From Thermoanaerobaculia bacterium (GTDB lineage: Bacteria > Acidobacteriota > Thermoanaerobaculia > UBA5066), in the NCBI GenBank assembly GCA_963816185.1, contig CAWFJJ010000030.1:192001-256000 (forward strand): a stretch of DNA of 64,000 nt, given 5' to 3'. The notes under the pieces are model-generated. The model saw nothing but the letters and a program-made list of their open reading frames with translations, ran no database searches and had not been told where the DNA came from. The position numbers were made by a program, and so were the translations under genes. Position 1 is the first letter of the stretch, and every line of letters starts with the position of its first letter. Positions 35,974 to 45,504 of this stretch are shown in pieces.

Positions 35974-38676
35974 ATGCGATGCCCCCGCTGCGACGCCGAG
36001 TTGCCGGAGTCCGGCCGCTTTTGTCCGGCGTGCGGGCAGCCTGTGTCCGGCTCGCTTTCACGCCTTCCGACCGAGATGGGCTCGGCGCCCAAGCCCGCGC
36101 CGCCGAGGACGCCGTCGTCCGTCGGACGCCTCGTCTCCTCCGGCTCGGTCGATCTCGGCGCGTTTCCGCCCGGCGCGATGCTGGGCGAGCGGTACCGCAT
36201 CGTGGGGCTCCTCGGCAAGGGCGGCATGGGCGAGGTCTATCGCGCGGACGATCTCAAGCTCGGCCAGGCCGTCGCGCTGAAGTTCCTCCCAAAGGCCGTC
36301 TCGACGGACGAGGCGCTCCTCGCGCGCTTCCACGCGGAGGTGCGCCTCGCGCGCCAGGTCTCGCATCCGAACGTCTGCCGCATCTACGACATCGGCGAGG
36401 TCGAGGGCCGCCATTTCCTCTCGATGGAGTACGTGGACGGCGAGGACCTCGCGTCCCTCCTCAAGAGGATCGGCCATCTTCCGGTCGACAAGACGGTCGA
36501 CATCGCGCGCCAGCTCTGCGCGGGCCTTCACGCCGCGCACGAGAAGGGCGTTCTTCATCGCGATCTGAAGCCCGCGAACGTCATGCTCGACGGGCGCGGG
36601 CGCGTGAGGATCACCGACTTCGGCCTCGCCGTCGCGGCCGAGGAGGCCGGGAACGTCGGCGAGGTCTCGGGAACTCCCGCCTATATGGCGCCCGAGCAGC
36701 TCGCGGGAAAACCTGCATCCGTCAGGAGCGATCTCTACGCGCTCGGCCTCGTCCTCTACGAGGTCGCGACGGGCAAGCGCGCGTTCGACGCGCCGACGCT
36801 CGCCGAGATGAAACGCAAGCACGAGCAGGAGACGCCGACGGCACCGTCGAACGTCCTCGCTGGCTTCGATCCCGCCGTCGAGCGCGTGATCCTGCGCTGT
36901 CTCGAGAAGGACCCGCGCGCGCGGCCGTCTTCGGCCGTGCAAGTCGCAGGAGCCTTGCCCGGCGGCGACCCCCTCGCCGCCGCCCTCGCCGCCGGCGAGA
37001 CGCCCTCGCCCGAGATGGTCGCCGCCGCGGGCCACGACCGGGCGATCCCGACGGCGCGGGCCGCCGCGCTCCTCGGCGGCGTCGTCGTCCTCCTCGGTCT
37101 CGGCCTCGTGCTGACGCGCTGGGGCACCGACCTCGGCCTCTCTCCGTTGCCGAAGCCGCCTGACGCGCTCGAGGAGCGCGCGAGAGAGGTGGCGCGGCGC
37201 CTCGGCTGGGAGGACCCCCCGGCCGATTCGGCGCGCGGGTTTGCCCGCGACTATGCGTATCTCAGCCACCTCGCCCGGACCGCGAAGCCGGGATGGGCCA
37301 GCGATCTCGCGGCCGGCTGGTGGAAGCCGGCGGAGTTCGCGTACCGGCAGAGCCCGCGCCCGCTCCTTCCCGCGAATTCCCAGGGCGAGGTGACGCAGTC
37401 CGATCCGCCGCTCGAGGTGACCGGGATGTTCACGGTCGTCCTCGATCCGGAGGGGCGTCTCCGTTCGTTCGTCGCCGTGCCTCCGCAGTCTCTCCTCAAG
37501 GCGCCCACGGCCCCTCCTCCCGACTGGAACGCGCTGCTCTCCGAAGCCGGGCTCGACGCGAAGACTTTCGTCGCGTCCGATCCCGTCTGGCTCCCCCGCG
37601 TCCCGTTCGACTCGATCGCCGGGTTCTCCGGGCCCATGCCTGGAGATACCGGCGTAACGCTGCGGGTCGTCGCGGCAGCTCTCCGCGGCCGGATCGTCTC
37701 CTTCCAGATCGTGGCGCCGTGGAGCGAGCCGGCTCGTGACACCCCTCGGCCCGTCGCGTTTCGGGCACGCCTCGGGCAGGTCGCCTTCTTCGGCGGCGTG
37801 CTGTCCGTCGTCGCCGCGGCCGCCTGGTTCGCGCGGCGCAACGCCCGCCTCGGCCGGGGCGACCGCCGCGGAGCCGCACGCCTCGGAGGCGGCGTCTTCG
37901 TCGTGGCGTTCGCCTACGGAATCCTCGCCCTCCATCCGGCTCTGTTCGGAACCAATCAGTCGCTCGCCACAATCCTCTTCATTCCGGCGGGGCTTGCGGG
38001 AATCGCCTGGACCCTCTACCTGGCCTTCGAGCCTTACTTCCGGCGGCATTACCCGGATCTCCTCGTCTCGTGGTCGCGCCTCCTGGGAGGGCGCTTCGGC
38101 GATCCCCTCGTCGGGCGAGATCTTCTCGGCGGCCTGCTTCTCGGTTGCGCCTCATTCCTCCTCCTCGTCGCCGTGAACGCCGCGCCCGCCTTCGTCGCGT
38201 CAGGGGGTCAGACGCCGGTCTACTTCGACGCGGACACGCTCGGCGGGGTCCGGAGCGTCGTCGCGAACCTCGCGGGCCGCCTCGTCGCCACGCTGATGCA
38301 GACGCTCCTCTCCACGGCGACCCTCTTCGTCGGGACTCTCGTCCTGCGGCGCCGGCCTCTGGCAATCGCCTTCCTGTGGGCGCTCATCTTCGCGTTCAAC
38401 ACGGGACGGGAGAACCCCGTTCTCGAGATCCCGGGCTATGCGATCGCGGCGGCGCTCGTCGTCCTCGCCCTCCTCCGCTTCGGCTTCGTGGGCCTCGGGG
38501 CGCTCTTCGTCGTCCTGAACATGCTCACGAGCGTGCCTCTCACGCTCGACTTCTCGGCCTGGTACGCGGGCTACGGCCTCTTCTTCGTGCTGATCGTTCT
38601 CGCGCTCGCGGCCTGGGGCTTCTGGGCCGCGCGAGGGGGAGGTTCGCTGATCTCGGAGGCCGCCCTCGATGACTGA
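35974..38676 (+). CDS. Membrane Ser/Thr protein kinase, copy 2
   Basis: Same architecture and motifs as 31925..34639; kinase domain nearly identical by eye. Confidence 0.93.
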   Translation: MRCPRCDAELPESGRFCPACGQPVSGSLSRLPTEMGSAPKPAPPRTPSSVGRLVSSGSVDLGAFPPGAMLGERYRIVGLLGKGGMGEVYRADDLKLGQAVALKFLPKAVSTDEALLARFHAEVRLARQVSHPNVCRIYDIGEVEGRHFLSMEYVDGEDLASLLKRIGHLPVDKTVDIARQLCAGLHAAHEKGVLHRDLKPANVMLDGRGRVRITDFGLAVAAEEAGNVGEVSGTPAYMAPEQLAGKPASVRSDLYALGLVLYEVATGKRAFDAPTLAEMKRKHEQETPTAPSNVLAGFDPAVERVILRCLEKDPRARPSSAVQVAGALPGGDPLAAALAAGETPSPEMVAAAGHDRAIPTARAAALLGGVVVLLGLGLVLTRWGTDLGLSPLPKPPDALEERAREVARRLGWEDPPADSARGFARDYAYLSHLARTAKPGWASDLAAGWWKPAEFAYRQSPRPLLPANSQGEVTQSDPPLEVTGMFTVVLDPEGRLRSFVAVPPQSLLKAPTAPPPDWNALLSEAGLDAKTFVASDPVWLPRVPFDSIAGFSGPMPGDTGVTLRVVAAALRGRIVSFQIVAPWSEPARDTPRPVAFRARLGQVAFFGGVLSVVAAAAWFARRNARLGRGDRRGAARLGGGVFVVAFAYGILALHPALFGTNQSLATILFIPAGLAGIAWTLYLAFEPYFRRHYPDLLVSWSRLLGGRFGDPLVGRDLLGGLLLGCASFLLLVAVNAAPAFVASGGQTPVYFDADTLGGVRSVVANLAGRLVATLMQTLLSTATLFVGTLVLRRRPLAIAFLWALIFAFNTGRENPVLEIPGYAIAAALVVLALLRFGFVGLGALFVVLNMLTSVPLTLDFSAWYAGYGLFFVLIVLALAAWGFWAARGGGSLISEAALDD

Positions 38677-38719
38677 TTCGGCAAAGAACTTGCTCCGCAG
38701 ATGGCGGAGGGCTCCGACT

Positions 38720-39292
38720 GTGAATTTTTCCAGAAAGACTCTTCTTGTGTTCGGCGTTGCGCACGTGCTCTTTGCCGCACGGTCCGCCCAAGCCCAGTTC
38801 TCTCTCGGCGGCCATGCTTCGTACACGAAGGCCACAGGGGCCGACGGCACCTGGGCCGGCGGCGCCCAGCTCAGGCTGCGCTTTCCGGGGCCGCTCGGAC
38901 TCGAAGGTCTCGTCGACTATCGCCGTACGACGTACAGCGCCGGCGGCGAGGACGTCCTCCGCATCGAGCAGTATCCCGTGCAGGCCTCGCTCATGCTCTT
39001 CATCCTGCCTGGCCAGGTCCAGCCTTACGTCCTCGGCGGCGGCGGCTGGTACTACACGAGGTCGACGTTCCTGGGACCGCAGTCGGCGCTCGGCTCCGAC
39101 ACCCAGCACAAGTTCGGCGGGCACGTGGGCGGCGGTGTCGAACTCGGAGCGAGAGCGAAAGTGTCACTTCACGTCGACGTCCGCTACGTTTTCCTGGGCG
39201 TGGACTCCGTCGACGCGATCCGCGACCGGTACCACAACAACCCGAAAGCCGACTTCTGGCACGGCACGGCCGGCCTCAACTTCAAGTTCTAG
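38720..39292 (+). CDS. Small outer-membrane beta-barrel (OmpA/OmpW-like) protein
   Basis: GGAGG then GTG 38720; signal peptide ending AQA-Q; PYVLGGGG; C-terminal beta-signal AGLNFKF. Confidence 0.8.
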   Translation: MNFSRKTLLVFGVAHVLFAARSAQAQFSLGGHASYTKATGADGTWAGGAQLRLRFPGPLGLEGLVDYRRTTYSAGGEDVLRIEQYPVQASLMLFILPGQVQPYVLGGGGWYYTRSTFLGPQSALGSDTQHKFGGHVGGGVELGARAKVSLHVDVRYVFLGVDSVDAIRDRYHNNPKADFWHGTAGLNFKF

Positions 39293-39752
39293 GAGACTCC
39301 TTTTTCCGTACCCAGAGCCGCTTCGTCACGCGTGCGACGACCTCGGCATCAATCTCCGCGACGATCTCAGTCATGAAGACCGGCTCGACCTTCTCGCCGC
39401 GGTCGGCGGCGGCGCGGATCTCGTCGATCTTCTCCGGCGGGACGTGGAATGTCGCCTTGACCGCGCCGCGGCCCGGCCTCAGGAACTCGATCGTCGCGGC
39501 CTTGTCCCAGACGATGTAGCCCGGGCCGAGGTTCCTCATCACGATGAAGACGAAGTGCGGATCGCACATCGAGTAAAGCGAGCCGCCGAACTGCGTGCCG
39601 AAAAGATTCTTGTTCCACCAGTGGAGGCCCAGGCGCACGACGATCCGGTGCGGGTCGTCCTTCGGGTACGACGCGCGGATTCCCGCGGCGAGGTACGGTG
39701 GGTAGAGACTCACCAGCCTCATCAGGAGGCGCTGGCGGAGCGTCAGCATCAA
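39282..39752 (-). CDS. DUF4442/YiiD-like hotdog-fold protein
   Basis: YPPYLAAGI, N.FGTQFGGSLYSMCDP, VWDKAATIEFLRPG. Confidence 0.85.
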   Translation of the reverse strand: MMLTLRQRLLMRLVSLYPPYLAAGIRASYPKDDPHRIVVRLGLHWWNKNLFGTQFGGSLYSMCDPHFVFIVMRNLGPGYIVWDKAATIEFLRPGRGAVKATFHVPPEKIDEIRAAADRGEKVEPVFMTEIVAEIDAEVVARVTKRLWVRKKESPRT

Positions 39753-41152
39753 TTTGCGACGAGCGCCACGACGCGCAGCGGGCCGCCGGAGCCGCCGCCG
39801 ATCTTCATTGGCAACGCAATGAGCCAGGCGCCCGTCTCTGGTAGCTCGCCGAGGTTCGTGAGGTTCTCGAGTCCCGGCATCCGCGCGGCGGAAACGATGC
39901 GGTGGACCGGAAAGTCTGCCGACGGTCCGTAGTCGATGGAGGCCGTGTCGACACCGATCGCCGCGACTCCGACTTTCACGAGCAGCTCCGCAACTTCCTT
40001 TCCGTACGAGGGAAAGTGGAGGTGCGAAGCATCGTTCGGCGTGTCGTCACCGAAATACCGCTTGCGGTCCGGCCAGCGCACGGACCACCCGGTGCGGAGG
40101 AGGACGATCGAGCCGCGCGGGATTGCGCCGTGCGCCGCCTCCCACTCCTTCACGTCCGCCGCCGTGAGCCGGTAATCTGGGTCTTTCGCCGCCTTTGCCG
40201 TCACGTCGAGAACGACGGCCGGAGCGATCAGCTTCCGGACCGAGACTTTTTCGAGGCTCTCCCCCGTCCCCGAGAAATGCGCCGGCGCGTCGAGATGCGT
40301 CCCTCCGTGCTCGGGCGCGCAAAACGAATTCGACGAATAGAACCAGCTGCCGGGCGTCATTCCTTTCGCGAGCGGCTTCAGCTCGAATCCCGACGGTGAC
40401 GTCGGCCAGTAGAGGGTCCGATCATCGAAGGTGTGCGTGAGGTCGACGACTTTCGCGCGCCTGAGGTTCACCTCTTCCGAGAAGGCGGCTTTCGGCACCG
40501 ACAGCGCCGCGAACGGCACGTCCAGAATCGGATAATCGAGCCAGTCCTTGTAATCGAAATGCCACCACTCGGCTGCATATTCGAAGAATCCCTCTTTCTC
40601 CATGGCCGCAGAGAGAAGAGCGCGGCGCGCGAGAGCGTCCTTCGATCCACCTTCCCACGTGACGTACGAGCGCGCCGACATCTCGTCGTAGGCCCCGCCC
40701 ATGTCGGCCTCTCGGCCTGTCGCGAGGTCGTAGAGAGACAGATCGACGGCGCAGCCCCGGTTATGCCGCGAGCCTTTCTTCGGGTCGGCGACGAAAATCT
40801 TCTTGTCGGCCGGCGTCGCATCCCAGAACGCCTTCGTGACCGACCATGGCCGGTACCCGTCGAACACGACGAGACCGTATCCCTTCTCTTTCAGCGCGCG
40901 GTTGACGCGCACGAGCGCCTCGGCCGCGGGGCGCTGGAGGAACGCGCGCGCCTCGGAGTACACCGGGCGCCCGAGCAGATTGTTTGCGGTGGCGTACCGG
41001 ACGTCGAGCCGAATGGTCGGATCGAGCAGGACAATTTCCACGAGGTCGGGTTCGCGGAACGGGCGGCCTTCCTTCGGGGGCCCCTCCTGCGCGAAGGCGG
41101 ACGCGGCGGCCAGGCCGAGGACGAGACAAAAGGAACGCGGGGATTTCATCAT
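39749..41152 (-). CDS. Secreted fusion of D-Ala-D-Ala dipeptidase (VanX/M15D) and cyclase (KynB-like metal hydrolase)
   Basis: Signal peptide; FDGYRP, SRHNRGCAVD, EWWHFD; then DLTH, EHGGTHLDAPAH, LLRTGW, GVDTASID, GLENL. Confidence 0.85.
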   Translation of the reverse strand: MMKSPRSFCLVLGLAAASAFAQEGPPKEGRPFREPDLVEIVLLDPTIRLDVRYATANNLLGRPVYSEARAFLQRPAAEALVRVNRALKEKGYGLVVFDGYRPWSVTKAFWDATPADKKIFVADPKKGSRHNRGCAVDLSLYDLATGREADMGGAYDEMSARSYVTWEGGSKDALARRALLSAAMEKEGFFEYAAEWWHFDYKDWLDYPILDVPFAALSVPKAAFSEEVNLRRAKVVDLTHTFDDRTLYWPTSPSGFELKPLAKGMTPGSWFYSSNSFCAPEHGGTHLDAPAHFSGTGESLEKVSVRKLIAPAVVLDVTAKAAKDPDYRLTAADVKEWEAAHGAIPRGSIVLLRTGWSVRWPDRKRYFGDDTPNDASHLHFPSYGKEVAELLVKVGVAAIGVDTASIDYGPSADFPVHRIVSAARMPGLENLTNLGELPETGAWLIALPMKIGGGSGGPLRVVALVAN

Positions 41153-41294
41153 CACGCCACCTCTCGGCATCCCTCTCGAGCCGGGAAACACCGCCTGTAG
41201 TTCGACTTTATCTTCGGGCACGATGGCTTTAGACTTGATTCATACAAGAGACTTCATCTTCGACCACATTCACCGAATTCCGAGGACAGGGGAC

Positions 41295-43235
41295 ATGAGA
41301 ATGAAGACGTCGAAAATATTGATCGGCGCGTTGTCGTGTTCGCTGACGACTTTGACGCTGGCCGGAGCAGGTCCGATAGACGGCATTTGGGAGGTTGATC
41401 TCGCTGGCAACACCAACATGATCGCTCTCGTGGAGCGGACGGATGGGCGACTTTTGGGATACACGCCATCTTCCCCGGCCTCCTGGATTGTTGGCGGCCA
41501 GCGCATCGGAAGTTCCGTGACGATCAGCCTCGATGGCCGCGACCCCCTTCATTTTTCCGACCCAGGCACGATTACCGGGATCCGCAGCGGATCGCATATT
41601 ACCGGGACGCTCACCGACAGCACCGGGACGGCGACGGTAACGCTCCACGACGTTCATGCCCCGCGCACCGTCGCGCACTGGCTCATGGGCCCTTCGACCA
41701 ACGGTGACGTTCTCAACCGCGCGATTCGCGTGCAGAACAACGGGGGTCATTTCGTGACCGGGGGTTTCGTCGGCCTGACCGATTGCAGCTTTCTGGCTTG
41801 CAGAGGTCGCATCATGTCGTGGACCGTCGCGGGAACGACCCACGCGATCCTCACCGACTCGAGCGGCGGTTGCCCCTCGACCTCGGCGCTCGCCGGGACC
41901 TGGGATACTGCAACGTTGCTCCTGGACGGGACCTACACGACGACAGCGGGTTGTCTTCCTGCTCCCGTGGGCGGCAATTTCTTCGGCGGCAAGGAAGGGC
42001 TGACGAACACGGGCGATGTCCTGGACGTGCTCGGTCTGCTGCGCGATTTTGCCGACCGCGTTGAAGCCGAGTCGCCTGCGGCGGTGGACGCATTCGCGGC
42101 CACATATCTTCACGATGGCAAGACGAAGGCAGACTGGCAGGCGCAGCTCGCGGCGACATATGCTGCCTATGACGATCTCCGCGTCACGATTGACGCCGTG
42201 CGGCAGATCGTGACGTTCGCCGACGCCGAGGTAAACCCGCAGGCTATCCCCTCGCCTCGTCTCGAGTGGCATCTCCTTGTCACCGGGGTGCCCGCCGGTG
42301 GCGGGCCGACTACGACCGTGCTCGACGTGACGAGCACGTTCGATGGCGAGCAGCAGCTCTACTGGATTGGAAGCGAGGGCGGTCGGATCGTCTTCAAAGG
42401 CAACGGTTACGAGGCGCCATTCTCGATCACGCTGCCGATTCAGGCCGGGGATCCCGCGCGCACCGCATACGGGATTTGGCCGTATGGTGTTCATGGCGGG
42501 GGACATCCCGAAGGTCATTCGGGTTGGGATTTCGAGTATGTTCCCGGAGCAAAGGTGCGCGCGGCCGCAGACGGCCTCGTGAAAGAAATCAAGACAGACA
42601 CGGAGTTCCCCGGTCAGTTTGACGTTCGCATACAACACCGCCCGGGTTACCTGACCGAATACGATACCGTCGGTGAGATCGAAGCGGGCGTCGCCGCCGG
42701 TGTGAGCGTGATCGCCGGCCAGGCGCTTGGCGCTGCGGGCGACGTCGGCCCCTTCAACTCGACGCACTTCGGGGTGGACCGCAACACCGGCAGCGTTTGC
42801 CCGCTGGACTACCTGAATGTTTCCGGTCTCGCCCTGTTCAATGTCGTCTGGCAAACCGCGGCTTACGAGGAAGAGCTGGTCGAGCCGTTCCCGTGCAATC
42901 CGATCGCGGTCACGTTCCCGCTCACGCGGGTGTGGACGAGGATCAGCGGTTCCCTTCCAGCGTTCATTGAGTTTACGCGGCAGGGTACTGCGACCGGCTA
43001 CCGCTATACCCTGCGCACAACTGCGGGAGATCTCCTGCAGAGCGGCGCGATTGTCGAGCTGCGACCGGGCGCGGCGCTCGACTCCGGCACATTCGACCTC
43101 CTGCCTGATGGCGCTTCGACGCCTACACGTTTCGCGCGCTATCAGATCGTCAGCAACGAGATGCAAGTCGCATGGGCCGCGACTCGACCCGGGGATCTCT
43201 CTGGCACTTCCGTCTATTCGACGACTGCGCCCTGA
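41295..43235 (+). CDS. Secreted multidomain protein with M23-like (probably degenerate) domain
   Basis: Signal peptide; GHSGWDF..VRAAADGLV..V..GQALG..THFG; more A/T-ending codons than its neighbours. Confidence 0.65.
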   Translation: MRMKTSKILIGALSCSLTTLTLAGAGPIDGIWEVDLAGNTNMIALVERTDGRLLGYTPSSPASWIVGGQRIGSSVTISLDGRDPLHFSDPGTITGIRSGSHITGTLTDSTGTATVTLHDVHAPRTVAHWLMGPSTNGDVLNRAIRVQNNGGHFVTGGFVGLTDCSFLACRGRIMSWTVAGTTHAILTDSSGGCPSTSALAGTWDTATLLLDGTYTTTAGCLPAPVGGNFFGGKEGLTNTGDVLDVLGLLRDFADRVEAESPAAVDAFAATYLHDGKTKADWQAQLAATYAAYDDLRVTIDAVRQIVTFADAEVNPQAIPSPRLEWHLLVTGVPAGGGPTTTVLDVTSTFDGEQQLYWIGSEGGRIVFKGNGYEAPFSITLPIQAGDPARTAYGIWPYGVHGGGHPEGHSGWDFEYVPGAKVRAAADGLVKEIKTDTEFPGQFDVRIQHRPGYLTEYDTVGEIEAGVAAGVSVIAGQALGAAGDVGPFNSTHFGVDRNTGSVCPLDYLNVSGLALFNVVWQTAAYEEELVEPFPCNPIAVTFPLTRVWTRISGSLPAFIEFTRQGTATGYRYTLRTTAGDLLQSGAIVELRPGAALDSGTFDLLPDGASTPTRFARYQIVSNEMQVAWAATRPGDLSGTSVYSTTAP

Positions 43236-43354
43236 GGAAGGTGCGCCTTCAACGTTCGCGAAAAGCGTTTGTGGGCATTGCGGGACTCACGAGCGTAACC
43301 TGCGACCTCGCAAGCTGGACCGGTCGCTCCACATTGACTAGGCTCCCCAGAGCC

Positions 43355-44332
43355 ATGAAGCTCGTCATTCAGATTCCCGCCTGGGACGAGGCGGACCAGA
43401 TCTCAGCCGCCCTCGCGGAGCTGCCCCGCAGCTTGGCGGGCTTCGACGACGTCGAGACGCTCGTCGTGGACGACGGCTCGACCGACGGGACCGCCGAGGT
43501 CGCGCGGCGCGCGGGCGTGGACCACGTCGTGCGGCTGCCCGTTCACCGGGGGCTTGCGTTCGCCTGGCGAGCGGGCCTCGACGCCGCGCTGCGCCTCGGA
43601 GCCGACGTGATCGTCTCGACGGACGCGGACCGCCAGTACGCGGCGGCCGACATCGAGACCCTCGTGGCGCCCCTCCTCAAAGGCGAGGCCGAGATCGTCG
43701 TGGGCGACCGCGGGGTCGCGACGAAGCCGGATTTCTCGCCGGGCAAGCGCCTCACGCAGCGCTTCGGCTCGTGGGTCGTGAGGCGCGCTTCGGGGACCGA
43801 GGTCCCGGACGCGACGTCGGGCTTCCGCGCCCTCACGCGCGAAGCCGCGCTCCGGCTCAACGTCTTCTCGAGGATGACGTACACGCTCGAAACGCTCATC
43901 CAGGCCGGCAACAAGCAAATCGCCGTCGTCTCGGTCCCGGTGCGCACGAATCCGCCCGTGCGGGAATCGCGCCTGATCCAGCGTTCGGCACACTATGTGC
44001 TCGTGCAGGGCGCGAACATCCTGCGCATCACGGCGCTTTACAAGCCGCTGCCAGTCTTCTTCGGATGCGCGTCGCTCCTCGCCGCCGCCGGCCTCGCTCT
44101 CGTCGGGCGCTACGTCTTCCTGGTCGTGACGGACCACAACCCGGCCGGCCACCTGCAGTCGCTGCTCCTCGCGGCCGTGCTCTTCGTCGCGGCCGTCGTC
44201 TGCGTTCTCTCCGGCCTCCTCGCGGACCTCATCTCCATCAACCGGACGCTCCTCGAGGAGCTCGTGCTCGGGAAGCGGCGCCGGGAGACGGGGACGAGGG
44301 AAGAAAAGACTTCTGCTGAAGAACGCCGATGA
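43355..44332 (+). CDS. Glycosyltransferase family 2 (DPM/ArnC-like, C-terminal TMs)
   Basis: IQIPAWDE, VVDDGSTDGT, TDADRQY, DATSGFRA. Confidence 0.9.
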   Translation: MKLVIQIPAWDEADQISAALAELPRSLAGFDDVETLVVDDGSTDGTAEVARRAGVDHVVRLPVHRGLAFAWRAGLDAALRLGADVIVSTDADRQYAAADIETLVAPLLKGEAEIVVGDRGVATKPDFSPGKRLTQRFGSWVVRRASGTEVPDATSGFRALTREAALRLNVFSRMTYTLETLIQAGNKQIAVVSVPVRTNPPVRESRLIQRSAHYVLVQGANILRITALYKPLPVFFGCASLLAAAGLALVGRYVFLVVTDHNPAGHLQSLLLAAVLFVAAVVCVLSGLLADLISINRTLLEELVLGKRRRETGTREEKTSAEERR

Positions 44333-44394
44333 ACGGACGTCGCGCGTCGAGAAAGCTCTGGTGCGGAGCTGTTTCGTCCGAAGTTTCTTAGAGG

Positions 44395-45504
44395 GTGAGT
44401 GAACCGATGAGCGCCGCGGAACCGCCGCCACAGGACCCGAACGGCCGGCTCACACAATTCGACTCTCTCGACCATTCGAAGGAATCCCCGGGCGGCGGGC
44501 GCATGCCCGCCGCTGCGCCGGCGCAGCAGGAATCGGACGCGGCTTTCCCGCGCCGTATCCCTCTTACCCTTTCTAAGAAACTCTTCGGTCTTCTCTTCAC
44601 GGTCGCGCTCCTCGCGCTATTCGTCCTCGCGATCCGTCGCGCTCCGCCGGGAGCCCTCGAGCGTCTCCGGCACGCCCGTCTCGCTCCGCTCCTCGCCGGC
44701 TTCGGGGTGTTCTTCGCCTCTCACGTCCTTCGCGCCGCTCGTCTGAACCGCCTGCTTCCGAAGGACGGGCGGATCCCGGCGGCCCGGGCGTTCGGCCTCT
44801 CCGGCGCCGCGCACTTCTTCGTGCAGGTTCTTCCTTTCCGGGGCGGCGACGTGGCTTCTCTCGCCCTCGTGCACCGGGAGCTCGGCGTCTCATGGCCACG
44901 CTCGGGCGGCGTCTTCATCTTGGTCAAGCTGATCGACACGACCTCCGCTGTGCTCGTGGGCCTCGCGGGGGGAACGGTCGTCCTGCTGAGTCATCGCGTG
45001 GCGGGCGGCCGGTGGGCAGCCGGGCTCTTCTGCGCCCTTCTCGCCGCACTCACGTTTCTCCCGGAAGCGGGGGGGGTCTTTCTCGAGGCGTTTTCGGCGC
45101 GGGCACGACACGGGTCGCGGCTGCGGCGCGTTCTCGATGATCTCGGAGGCGCCCTTGCGGCCGCGCGGCGCGACCGTCTTGCCTACGCGGCGGCTTGCCT
45201 GCTGTCCGTCGGGTTTCTCGCCGCGCACATCGTCGGACTCAAGCTCACGATGACGGGCCTCGGGATCGACGTGGGCTTCGCCGCGCTCGCCTTCGCGACT
45301 CTCGCCGCCATGGTCGCCGCGGCGCTCGTCCCGTCGCCCGCCGGGTCGTTCGGGACGGCCGAGTCCGGCTGGATTGCGGCGCTCGCGCTCGACGGGATCT
45401 CCTTGGGGGCCGGCGCCGTGAGCGGCGTCGCGGTCCACCTCCTCGCGACTCTGGCCGCCGGAGCGGCAGGCCTGTTCGTTCTCTCGCCGCCTGCGAGGCG
45501 TTAG
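44395..45504 (+). CDS. Lysylphosphatidylglycerol-synthase-TM (flippase-like) membrane protein
   Basis: LRAARL, VLPFRGGD, KLID, PSPAGSFGTAE; multi-TM; start uncertain because of a low-complexity N-terminal extension. Confidence 0.75.
   Translation: MSEPMSAAEPPPQDPNGRLTQFDSLDHSKESPGGGRMPAAAPAQQESDAAFPRRIPLTLSKKLFGLLFTVALLALFVLAIRRAPPGALERLRHARLAPLLAGFGVFFASHVLRAARLNRLLPKDGRIPAARAFGLSGAAHFFVQVLPFRGGDVASLALVHRELGVSWPRSGGVFILVKLIDTTSAVLVGLAGGTVVLLSHRVAGGRWAAGLFCALLAALTFLPEAGGVFLEAFSARARHGSRLRRVLDDLGGALAAARRDRLAYAAACLLSVGFLAAHIVGLKLTMTGLGIDVGFAALAFATLAAMVAAALVPSPAGSFGTAESGWIAALALDGISLGAGAVSGVAVHLLATLAAGAAGLFVLSPPARR

Noticed and set aside
40580-40602. Single TTCGAAGAA plus pyrimidine tract (and weak look-alikes near 38725 and 52692)
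   Set aside because: No clear inverted partner, and it can be explained by Phe-Phe-Glu codons, so I left it out of the motif count pending a PWM scan.
40500-41152. Vancomycin resistance (vanX)
   Set aside because: No vanH/vanA/vanRS context; the protein is exported and fused to another domain.
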